From contig JAUFOQ010000013.1 of the NCBI GenBank assembly GCA_040285855.1, positions 1,860,001 to 1,924,000 on the forward strand: a stretch of 64,000 bases of DNA, in the 5' to 3' direction. The notes beneath the pieces are model-generated. The model saw only the letters and a program-made list of their open reading frames with translations. It was not told where the DNA came from and did not search any database. The DNA is from Eukaryota sp. GEM-RC1. Its lineage: Eukaryota. Shown here piece after piece: positions 42,101 to 53,002 of this stretch (position 1 is the stretch's first letter; each line of letters opens with the position of its first letter). The position numbers and the translations under genes were made by a program.

Positions 42101-45100
42101 AACACGTCTCATTGACTTGTCCATACACTTTTGCTTGGGCTTTTGGTTACTCTAATATGGATGTGTGCCGTCAATAACACAAGCATCATGGAGCTACTTA
42201 AGATTGTCCACTTGTCTGCAACCGTAGTTGGAATAGTAGATGATTTCTTCTCCAATAAAGACCAATCATAAAATGACAATCTTTTGTACACTACTGTATG
42301 AAGACAGTATAGACATGTGGTAATCAATTTTTTTTGACTCTGTATTGTTGTTGTATCACAACCACTTGACATCATAACCATTGAGATGCTGATACTACAA
42401 TCGCGTCTGTCATCGATTTTAACAAAAGAGATAACAACACCTCTACATCATCCTATTTTTACGTCTTCCATTTATCGCTTTCTATTTCTCTCCATTAGTT
42501 GAGAAACTGTACAAATTTCGTGTGAAGGTTAATGTTGAAAAACGTAAAAACGTCCTTTTCAGCAGATGAGTATTCTCAGCATTGGGATATCGTGTCTTTT
42601 TGTGATTTGGTCGTTTTGAGAGATACTAATCCTAATCAAAGTTGATACACAAGGCGCTGTTAATTTGATATTGAAGACTTCTTGATTATTTCTCATCATT
42701 GAAACAGATTTTCTTTTATTATTGATTGGGTTTACATCTTTGACATCTTTCAAGTTGTTCGACATTTTTGTATACTTATATTCCGTATCCAAATCATTGC
42801 CTCCAAAATGAAAATTTGTAAGACCAAATGCAAAATACAAAATCCACACGACCAAAATATTTTTGTAAAAGAACTATTTTGTTTATTCTAAAATGGGACT
42901 TTCATTGTTGTGGAAGAACACGTCTAATTGACTTGTCCATACACTTTTGCTTGGGCTTTTGGTTACTCTAATATGGATGTGTGCCGTCAATAACACAAGC
43001 ATCATGGAGCTACTTAAGATTGTCCACTTGTCTGCAACTGTAGTTGGAATAGTAGATGATTTCTTCTCCAATAAAGACCAATCATAAAATGAAACTCTTT
43101 TGTACACTACTGTATGAAGACAGTATAGACATGTGGTAATCAATTTTTTTTGACTCTGTATTGTTGTTGTATCACAACCACTTGACATCATAACCATTGA
43201 GATGCTGATACTACAATCGCGTCTGTCATCGATTTTAACAAAAGAGATAACAACACCTCTACATCATCCTATTTTTACGTCTTCCATTTATCGCTTTCTA
43301 TTTCTCTCCATTAGTTGAGAAACTGTACAAATTTCGTGTGAAGGTTAATGTTGAAAAACGTAAAAACGTCCTTTTCAGCAGATGAGTATTCTCAGCATTG
43401 GGATATCGTGTCTTTTTGTGATTTGGTCGTTTTGAGAAATACTAATCCTAATCAAAGTTGATACACAAGGCGCTGTTAATTTGATATTGAAGACTTCTTG
43501 ATTATTTCTCATCATTGAAAAGATTTTCTTTTATTATTGATTGGGTTTACATCTTTGACATCTTTCAAGTTGTTCGACATTTTTATATAATTATATTCAG
43601 TACCCAACTCATTGCCTCCAAAATATAAATTTGTAAGACCAAATGAAAAATACAAAATCCACGCGACTAACATATTTTTGTAAAAGAACTATTTTGTTTA
43701 TTCTAAAATGGGACTTTCATTGTTGTGGAAGAACACGTCTAATTGACTTGTCCATACACTTTTGCTTGGGCTTTTGGTTACTCTAATATGGATGTGTGCC
43801 GTCAATAACACAAGCATCATGGAGCTACTTAAAATTGTCCACTTGTCTGCAACCGTAGTTGGAATAGTAGATGATTTCTTCTCCAATAAAGACCAATCAT
43901 AAAATGACAATCTTTTGTACACTACTGTATGAAGACAGTATAGACATGTGGTAATCAATTTTTTTTGACTCTGTATTGTTGTTGTATCACAACCACTTGA
44001 CATCATAACCATTGAGATGCTGATACTACAATCGCGTCTGTCATCGATTTTAACAAAAGAGATAACAACACCTCTACATCATCCTATTTTTACGTCTTCC
44101 ATTTATCGCTTTCTATTTCTCTCCATTAGTTGAGAAACTGTACAAATTTCGTGTGAAGGTTAATGTTGAAAAACGTAAAAACGTCCTTTTCAGCAGATGA
44201 GTATTCTCAGCATTGGGATATCGTGTCTTTTTGTGATTTGGTCGTTTTGAGAGATACTAATCCTAATCAAAGTTGATACACAAGGCGCTGTTAATTTGAT
44301 ATTGAAGACTTCTTGATTATTTCTCATCATTGAAAAAGATTTTCTTTTATTATTGATTGGGTTTACATCTTTGACATCTTTCAAGTTGTTCGACATTTTT
44401 ATATAATTATATTCAGTACCCAACTCATTGCCTCCAAATATATAAATTTGTAAGACCAAATGAAAAATACAAACGACCAAAATATTTTTGTAAAAGAACT
44501 ATTTTGTTTATTCTAAAATGGGACTTTCATTGTTGTGGAAGAACACGTCTAATTGACTTGTCCATACACTTTTGCTTGGGCTTTTGGTTACTCTAATATG
44601 GATGTGTGCCGTCAATAACACAAGCATCATGGAGCTACTTAAGATTGTCCACTTGTCTGCAACCGTAGTTGGAATAGTAGATGATTTCTTCTCCAATAAA
44701 GACCAATCATAAAATGACAATCTTTTGTACACTACTGTATGAAGACAGTATAGACATGTGGTAATCAAATTTTTGATTTTGTATTGTTGTTGTATCACGG
44801 CCACTTGACATCATAACCATTGAGATGCTGATACTACAATCGCGTCTGTCATCGATTTTAACAAAAGAGATAACAAAACCTCTACATCATCCTATTTTTA
44901 CATCTTCCATTTATCGCTTTCTATTTCTCTCCATTAGTTGAGAAACTGTACAAATTTGGTGTGAAGGTTAATGTTTAAAAACGTAAAAACGTCCTTTTCA
45001 GGAGATGAGTATTCTCAGCATTGGGATATCGTGTCTTTTTGTGATTTGGTCGTTTTGAGAGATACTAATCCTAATCAAAGTTGATACACAAGGCGCTGTT

Positions 45101-47142
45101 AATTTGATATTGAAGACTTCTTGATTATTTCTCATCATTGAAAAGATTTTCTTTTATTATTGATTGGGTTTACATCTTTGACATCTTTCAAGTTGTTCGA
45201 CATTTTTATATAATTATATTCAGTACCCAACTCATTGCCTCCAAAATATAAATTTGTAAGACCAAATGAAAAATACAAAATCCACACGACCAAAATATTT
45301 TTGTAAAAGAACTATTTTGTTTATTCTAAAATGGGACTTTCATTGTTGTGGAAGAACACGTCTAATTGACTTGTCCATACACTTTTGCTTGGGCTTTTGG
45401 TTACTCTAATATGGATGTGTGCCGTCAATAACACAAGCATCATGGAGCTACTTAAGATTGTCCACTTGTCTGCAACCGTAGTTGGAATAGTAGATGATTT
45501 CTTCTCCAATAAAGACCAATCATAAAATGACAATCTTTTGTACACTACTGTATGAAGACAGTATAGACATGTGGTAATCAATTTTTTTGATTTTGTATTG
45601 TTGTTGTATCATGGCCACTTGACATCATAACCATTGAGATGCTGATACTACAATCGCGTCTGTCATCGATTTTAACAAAAGAGATAACAAAACCTCTACA
45701 TCATCCTATTTTTACATCTTCCATTTATCGCTTTCTATTTCTCTCCATAAGTTGAGAAACTGTACAAATTTGGTGTGAAGGTTAATGTTTAAAAACGTAA
45801 AAACGTCCTTTTCAGGAGATGAGTATTCTCAGCATTGGGATATCGTGTCTTTTTGTGATTTGGTCGTTTTGAGAGATACTAATCCTAATCAAAGTTGATA
45901 CACAAGGCGCTGTTAATTTGATATTGAAGACTTCTTGATTATTTCTCATCATTGAAAAAGATTTTCTTTTATTATTGATTGGGTTTACATCTTTGACATC
46001 TTTCAAGTTGTTCGACATTTTTATATAATTATATTCAGTACCCAACTCATTGCCTCCAAAATATAAATTTGTAAGACCAAATGAAAAATACAAAATCCAC
46101 ACGACCAAAATATTTTTGTAAAAGAACTATTTTGTTTATTCTAAAATGGGACTTTCATTGTTGTGGAAGAACACGTCTAATTGACTTGTCCATACACTTT
46201 TGCTTGGGCTTTTGGTTACTCTAATATGGATGTGTGCCGTCAATAACACAAGCATCATGGAGCTACTTAAGATTGTCCACTTGTCTGCAACCGTAGTTGG
46301 AATAGTAGATGATTTCTTCTCCAATAAAGACCAATCATAAAATGACAATCTTTTGTACACTACTGTATGAAGACAGTATAGACATGTGGTAATCAATTTT
46401 TTGATTTTGTATTGTTGTTGTATCATGGCCACTTGACATCATAACCATTGAGATGCTGATACTACAATCGCGTCTGTCATCGATTTTAACAAAAGAGATA
46501 ACAAAACCTCTACATCATCCTATTTTTACATCTTCCATTTATCGCTTTCTATTTCTCTCCATAAGTTGAGAAACTGTACAAATTTGGTGTGAAGGTTAAT
46601 GTTTAAAAACGTAAAAACGTCCTTTTCAGGAGATGAGTATTCTCAGCATTGGGATATCGTGTCTTTTTGTGATTTGGTCGTTTTGAGAGATACTAATCCT
46701 AATCAAAGTTGATACACAAGGCGCTGTTAATTTGATATTGAAGACTTTTTGATTATTTCTCATCATTGAAACAGATTTTCTTTTATTATTGATTGGGTTT
46801 ACATCTTTGACATCTTTCAAGTTGTTCGACATTTTTATATAATTATATTCAGTACCCAACTCATTGCCTCCAAAACATCAATTTGTAAGACCAAATGAAA
46901 AATACAAAATCCACGCGACTAACATATTTATGTAAAAGATCCTTGGTTATTTTGTCAGGAAATTATCATGGATTTCACGACTGTTGGTCCTTGTAATTCA
47001 AGATCAATTTCCAAAATTTTTGATGATGATTTTTCTGCTCTTGAAGTGGCTGAAAAAGGAAAAAATACAAAGTACTGTCACTTAATAAATTAATTGAATG
47101 TTGACAGGTACAATTCTTTTTTGTTTCAACCTTTTGCGATGT

Positions 47143-47239
47143 TGATGGGGAAAGCGCTTCTAGAAGTAGTTTATTGTAAGAAGAAGAAGAAAAGACTATA
47201 AAGGAGATTTGCCATGACACTTTGACACGTGTCACAACA
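47143..47239 (-). repeat. 3' LTR of gypsy copy 1 (97 bp)
   Basis: Plus strand TGATGGGGAAAGCG...GACACGTGTCACAACA; direct repeat of 52101-52196. Confidence 0.93.
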
Positions 47240-47306
47240 TAGGTTCTTCTCGTTATGAAGATCTCTCATGATCTTCATAGGTAAGTGGAGTGACAAAGGG
47301 TAATAA

Positions 47307-50101
47307 TTAATGTTGCCTTTTAGATCTCGTAAGCTTGCGTTGAGGTCTAAGGGAGGTTTTCTTAAGGAATTCGCGGTAAGCCTGGTCGTTCTTGATTACA
47401 TCCAAAGGCTCTTTAGTTACAGAGCCATCAATTCATTCAACACTGACAACGTTGAGGTCAGTGTCAATGGAAATGACTTTTCTGATTATCGTTTCCTCCC
47501 TGTCAAGAGCGGCGACAGCTTTGAGGTATTCGATATCGGTAGAAGACGTCAGAAAGGGTTTACATAGATAAGTGGATGTGTGGCATTCTACGTTGGTGAT
47601 CAAGTTGAGCAATAGGAGAGTAGATGAGTCTGCCTTGCTAGATAACACTTTGTATGGTCCCAGCCATTTTCCGTGAAGGTGACCCGGGTTGTCATTGAAT
47701 CGAAGAACAAATAAACCTTCGGGGAAGTGTTTAATGAGGTTTTCTTGGGTGCTGGGTGCAGTTAATAAGGATTTCTGATTCTTGTCTGCTTTTTCCCATA
47801 TTTCTTTTAAAGCGGAGGTTCTTGAGACGAGGTCATTGATGAAAGGAATTTTTGTTACAGGTTTTTTTAACAAGATGTTGAGTAGATCATTGGAAGGTCT
47901 TCTAGGGTTGGTGTCAATGCCAAATAGGAGTTGATAAGAGGTAAATTTCGTCGTAATGTGAAGTTTTGAGTTATAAGCTGGATGATGGGTAAATGAGAAG
48001 CCCAGTTTTGGAAGTCGTTGATGTCATATATAAGGCGTTTTAAGTTCTGATTTACATCCCTATTACGGCGTTCTACTAATCCATTACTCTGGTGATGGTG
48101 GGGAATTGCAAAAGAATTAGTAATGTTAAGAAGTGAGAACAATTCTGTTAACACTGAGTTGCTGAATTCTGAGCCATTATCGGAGTGAATGTGGAATGGA
48201 ATTCCATAGTTTGCAATCACGGAGTGGATTAAAGCATATGCAACTTCATTAGCTGTGTTAGTCTTAGAGGCTTTAAGTATGGTAAACCGTGAAAAGGCAT
48301 CGACAAATACAAAGATGTATTTCATACCTTCGTTGTCAGAGGGAATGGGGCCCATAGTGTCGATATGTACACTTTCAAATGGCCGATTGCTAAATAATTT
48401 GCCTGAGTGAGGGACATGGATTGTTGGGGCAGGAGCTGTTTTTTGGCAAGAGTGACATTCAGAGATGTGAGTTCGTACGTCGGATTCAGCGTTGGGCCAG
48501 TAAAAGTGGGAGTTTTTGAGGGATTGTAGAGCTTCTTTTAATGTTGGATGTCCGGCATGGGCGTAGCCGTGCAGGTTTAGTAGCCATTCTTTCCTAAGTC
48601 TTTTGGGAATAAGGATTTTGGAATTGTAGGTAAATAGGTTTAGATCTTGGTTCCAGTCAGCAGGGTTTGGGTCTTCTCTTAAATCGATTTGTTGAGCGGT
48701 TCTAATTTTTTCTAGAAGTTCGTTGTTGAAGTCAGAGTGGTGTTGTTCTTCAAAGCAGTCGTGGAGATCGTTGCGTAAAAGATGGGTTTCTTGATGTTGA
48801 GTAGGTGTAGCAAGTAGGGAAAATGTTTTTGATGAGATTAGGGAGTCAGGAGACGTGGGAGGGACAACCGTTGATTTATCGGGCTGTTTGTATTGAGACT
48901 CGTTACTGTTTCCTAAGGAATTCTTTTCAGCACCAGAGGGGAACGATCTTGAGAGTAAGTCAGCGCATGAGTTTCTAGCTCCTTCAACATGGACAAGTTC
49001 AAGGTCAAAGTTTGCTAAAAGGGGAATCCAACGTGTTACGATCCGGTTTTTTTCTGGGTGATCGAAGAGAAAAACTAAGTTCTTGTGATCGCAGAAGAGA
49101 ATGATCCTTTTGGAAAGTAGATAGGAAGTCAAGTTGGGTTGATTGAGGGTAGACACAATGGCGAAGAGCTCTTTCTGGATAATAGGCCAGTTGGCCTGTG
49201 AATCTGAGAGCGTTTTGCTAAAGAAAGCGATAGGTGCAAGTAATTGGTCTTCAAGTGGGCTATGGGGATCGCTATCATCCAGTTTTTTCCAGATTACTCC
49301 AGAAACAGCTTTTTCTGAGGCATCTGTTGATACGATAATTTGATGGGTGTCGCCAAGGAGCGCTAGTTCCACGGAGTTGGAGATAAGTTCTTTAATCTTG
49401 ATAAAATTTTTGGTATGAAGGCTTGACCATTTCTTCGCAATGGAGGGTTTTCCTGCAGTATTTTTCTTTGTTAAAGCTGTGAGTGGTTGCAGAAGGTGAG
49501 ACAAGTTAGGTAGCCATTCTCGGAGGTAATTTACCGAGCCACAAAATGACCGAAGTTCTCCTATCGTTGTAGGGATTGGGAGTTTTTGAATGGCAGTGAT
49601 CCTTTCGATGTCTATTTTTCTTTTTCCCTCTTGGAAGATGCATCCGAGTATTTTGATCTCACTTGCATTAGTGACAAACGAGCATTTCTTAATACCAAAG
49701 CGTACTCTGTGCGTTCTAGCACGCATAAAGATTTCTGATAAGGACTTCAGAAAATTGTTGAAGTCGCTATCAATTACAATGATGTCGTCGATATAAATGT
49801 AAACATTCGACATGCTAAATATCTCATTCATGGTATTCTGAAAATAGGCCGGTACATTCTTCAGGCCGAAGGCGGCTCTTTTAAAGCAAATTTGTCTTCC
49901 TGGTATGGCTAAGGTTGTCTTTAGTTGGTCTTCTGGCTTTAACAAGATCTGCCAGAAGGCTTTTGGTAGATCTAAAGTAGCTATGAACCGAGCTTTGGAC
50001 ATGAACTGATGGATATCAGTGATTCGTGGTAAGTCAGCTTGCAGTGGTTTGGTAAGAGCATTAACACCATCAACACCACTGAAGTCTCCGGTTAGGCGAG
50101 G
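47307..50101 (-). pseudogene. pol: Pol: reverse transcriptase, RNase H, integrase, GPY/F and chromo-like domain, gypsy copy 1
   Basis: LDLPKAFWQI, FGLKNVP, YIDD; TDAS, ELFAIV, CDHKNL; HAGH...CHSCQ; HIDTMGP, HSDNGSEF, GLVERRNR; WLGPYKV. Main ORF 47867-50002, frameshift near 47970, in-frame TGA at 47433-47435. Confidence 0.93.
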
Positions 50102-50367
50102 TAATAAGATGAAGAGTAGTAGTGACGTGTAGGATCCTGGTTACTTCATTTTGGAACTTAAAGGATAGTTTGGCCTTGCATGAACCTGTTGACTTCACAG
50201 TTTCGCCATTGGCTAATGTGAAACTCAAGTTGGACTTTCCAATTTCTAGTTTTGCTTTGTTGGCCAGGTTTGAGGATATGCGAACTGTTTTCACAGGCAC
50301 TATCCCAAGTACCTGTGAGAGGGATGGAATTGACAAGAACTGTCATTTTTAGGAAGTTGGATTTCAT
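50102..50367 (-). pseudogene. Aspartic protease N-terminal part, gypsy copy 1
   Basis: VLVNSIPLTGTWDSACENS, then (frameshift) ISSNLA...FTLANGETVKSTG; truncated at the deletion junction near 50102. Confidence 0.65.
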
Positions 50368-50469
50368 TAAAGATTGAGAGGGACTATCTGCAAAAGGGGT
50401 TTAGAATCAATGGAGTTGAGAGGAGCATTGTACAGAACTTTTGTTGCGTCAACGGAAGGATTAGATTCA

Positions 50470-52077
50470 TCAGCATGAATCGCCTTTAAACGTTACACAC
50501 CCAGGTCGCCCGTAGCAATCGACATCACCGAATACCGACACCAAGCCAGCGGTGGAACTAACTCCACCACGAAGCGAAGAATCGTTAACTGTATCGGGAG
50601 TCTTCTTCTGGGGTACCGTAGGGTCATCGTCAGCTGAGGGTGTAACCTTGTAGTTGGTTACAACAGGTTGTTCAGAAGGGATAGATAATGGTTTGAGAGG
50701 AATGGGATGCTTATAAGTGTAGTCATTCGGTGAAGAGTAAGAGAGGTATGTTTCTGAGTTTGTGTGTGAATCGAGATAGGCGTCTTGGAAGAATTTTGGT
50801 AACGTAAGGTCATGTTCAATTGGTAATTCATCATCTGGGTGTTCATCAGGGGCAGATAATGTAGTTTCTAAAGAGTAAGCTTTGGACTTAAAATCTCGGC
50901 TTTGAGGGTATTTGTCTTCGGCAAACGAGTCCTTGAATGTTTTGGTAAACATAGTATTAGATTTGCTGCGTGTTATGCTGCGGGTGTTGTCGGAAGTCGG
51001 TCGAGGGTTTCTTGGGTTCTGATAAGCTCTTCGTTTGTTTACTTTTGAGGTACGGCAAGCAGGATCACGACATGCTTCACTCGAGTGACCCTCCTTTTGC
51101 AAAAGTTGCAAAATGGGCGAGATAGAGGTTGAGAAGAATGGTGTTTAGAAGGGGCTTGTGAAGGGGAATGATGTGGTGTATGATGATGAGAGGTTCTTCG
51201 AGATTCTTGCAAAAAGGAAGAGGGGAGCGCAGAACGGAAAGAGGTATTCTTGAGGGATGGCGTGAGGGAAGAAAGGTTCTTATGTAGAATGATAGTACGT
51301 GATACAAGGTCCTCCAAGGAGTTAAGTAAGTTAAGGTTAAACTCATCGAAGAGGGCGTTTCGCAAAGTTGAGGGTTTGATTCCTTTTATAAAAGCAGATA
51401 TGAGGGCTTTGGGAGAAGAGTGAGGAATGAAGGTTCGGCAACGGAGGGTAACTGCCTGAAGTTGTTCAAAGTAAGAGTGAATGTCTGATGTTCGAGCAGG
51501 ATTCATAGAGAGGGGAGTTTAGCACGTTTCGTGCCTCGGAAGCGTTCTGAACACGTGTGGAGTCCAGGAGGAAATTCCATAAAGAAGTTTGCGAGGAGAG
51601 AGCGGAGGGATCAATCATATTGATTAATGAAAGGACTTTTGGCAGGATATATTTGTGGAACTCTGGAGGAGGAGAGGGATCTTCAAAGAATGAGGGTATA
51701 GAGTCATTGGCAAGTGGTCTAGAGGATCCACTAATAGCAGAAGTGGAAGAACTGCGAGCGACAGATTCCTTTGCTGAGGTCCAGAGTTGAGTAAAGGCTG
51801 TGTTACTGAAACCTTCTGGTTTGTATTTAGACAAAGCGTCTGCGATAATTTTTTCTGCGTAAGCAAGAGTTTTACTAGGGTCCAATTGTTCACTGTCTGA
51901 CATGAACTCAGATGAGTCTTCTGGAAGAGAGATGGAGCTCTCGTCGTTGGCATTGGAAAAATGGCATACGTCTTGGATAAAACGAATGACATGGGCTGGA
52001 GTGAGAGATTGAAGTCGCGGGGCGACGAAACGAATCCTTTCTTCAAGGATCGCGGAGTTAGATAAGGACGAAGACAT
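50470..52077 (-). pseudogene. gag: Gag-like ORF, gypsy copy 1 (frameshifted)
   Basis: ORF pieces 51466-52077, 51039-51506 and 50470-51111; capsid-like LISAFIKGIKPSTLR; CCHC knuckle CNFCKKEGHSSEAC (intact in copy 2). Confidence 0.8.
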
Positions 52078-52100
52078 ACGGTTGATTTTACAATACGTAT

Positions 52101-52196
52101 TGATGGGGAAAGCGCTTTTAGAAGTAGTTTATTGTAAGAAGAAGAAGAAAGACAATAAAGGAGATTTGCCATGACACTTTGACACGTGTCACAACA
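52101..52196 (-). repeat. 5' LTR of gypsy copy 1 (96 bp)
   Basis: Direct repeat; differs from the 3' LTR by 2 substitutions and 1 indel. Confidence 0.93.
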
Positions 52197-52473
52197 ATGT
52201 CGATATACGGTAATATTGGACCAGCTGCACAAGGTTTTTTAACTTCCTTTGGTAAATTGTGTTCTGAGTATGGTAAAGTTTTCAATGAAAATCACAAGGT
52301 TTTTTAACTTCCTTTGGTAAATTGTGTTCTGAGTATGGTAAAGTTTTCAATGAAAATTTTTGGTTGAGTAGGTTAACGTTTGCGATGTTTCGTGCAATGC
52401 ACAGAAATTTTAATTCAATTTTAGGATTTTGATGCATTTATTTCACTGACTGATCATAAACCCCGTTTGTTTT

Positions 52474-52636
52474 TTGAAACAGATTTTCTTTTGGTTTACA
52501 TCTTTGACATCTTTCAAGTTGTTCGACATTTTTATATAATTATATTCAGTACCCAACTCATTGCCTCCAAAATATCAATTTGTAAGATCAAATGAAAAAT
52601 ACAAAATCAACGCGACTAAAATATTTTTGTAAAAGA
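52474..52636. repeat. Partial satellite monomer (~163 bp) between the two D+gypsy composites
   Basis: TTGAAACAGATTTTCTTTTGGTTTACATC...TTTTTGTAAAAGA; essentially identical to 58093-58255. Confidence 0.9.
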
Positions 52637-52838
52637 TCCTTGGTTATCTTGTCAGGAAATTATCATGGATTTCACGACTGTTGGTCCTTGTAATTCAAGA
52701 TCAACTTCCAAAATTTTTGATGATGATTTTTCTGCTCTTGAAGTGGCTGAAAAAGGAAAAAATACAAAGTACTGTCACTTAATAAATTAATTGAATGTTG
52801 ACAGGTACAATTTTTTTTGTTTCAACCTTTTGCGATGT

Positions 52839-52935
52839 TGATGGGGAAAGCGCTTCTAGAAGTAGTTTATTGTAAGAAGAAGAAGAAAAGACTATAAAGG
52901 AGATTTGCCATGACACTTTGACACGTGTCACAACA
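52839..52935 (-). repeat. 3' LTR of gypsy copy 2 (97 bp)
   Basis: Same diagnostic variants as 47143-47239. Confidence 0.93.
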
Positions 52936-53002
52936 TAGGTTCTTCTCGTTATGAAGATCTCTCATGATCTTCATAGGTAAGTGGAGTGACAAAGGGTAAT
53001 AA

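Larger units (their letters stand above)
1..46939. repeat. Tandem satellite array, ~808-816 bp monomer (left block), interrupted by non-LTR insertions A (x5), B and C
   Basis: AATGTTTAAAAACGTAAAAACGT recurs at 1, 808, 1616 and onward. Identical spurious ORFs recur at ~808-816 bp spacing (344/1152; 7725/8534; 16598/17414/18226/19039). Monomers differ by SNPs and small indels. The array extends past the left window edge. Confidence 0.97.
47143..52196 (-). mobile_element. Ty3/gypsy LTR retrotransposon copy 1 (chromovirus-like, internally deleted)
   Basis: TG...CA LTRs of 97 and 96 bp; TSD ATGT (47139-47142, 52197-52200); domain order gag-PR-RT-RH-IN-GPY-chromo-like. Confidence 0.95.
46940..52473 (+). 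mobile_element. Family D RLE remnant copy 1, interrupted by gypsy element 1
   Basis: 46940-47142 (PWLFCQEIIMDFTTVG...AEKGKNTKY...QPFAM) plus 52197-52473 (MSIYGNIGPAAQGF...); matches the uninterrupted copy at 61570-62049. Confidence 0.88.

Noticed and set aside
1..46939. CRISPR array or CRISPR-like repeat-spacer system
   Set aside because: Units are ~810-bp contiguous repeats without unique spacers, there are no cas genes, and the inserts carry TSDs typical of retrotransposition.
47433..47435. Alternative genetic code (TGA=Trp)
   Set aside because: It is a single site shared by duplicated copies; TGG is used for Trp elsewhere and TGA ends the family-A ORF.
50470..50600. Programmed gag-pol frameshift signal (hairpin GGTGGAG-TTAG-TTCCACC; TTTAAA near the gag stop)
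   Set aside because: There is no canonical slippery heptamer at the right spacing, the -1 frame hits a stop, and the protease frame is +1 with only ~7 codons of overlap. This cannot be distinguished from decay.
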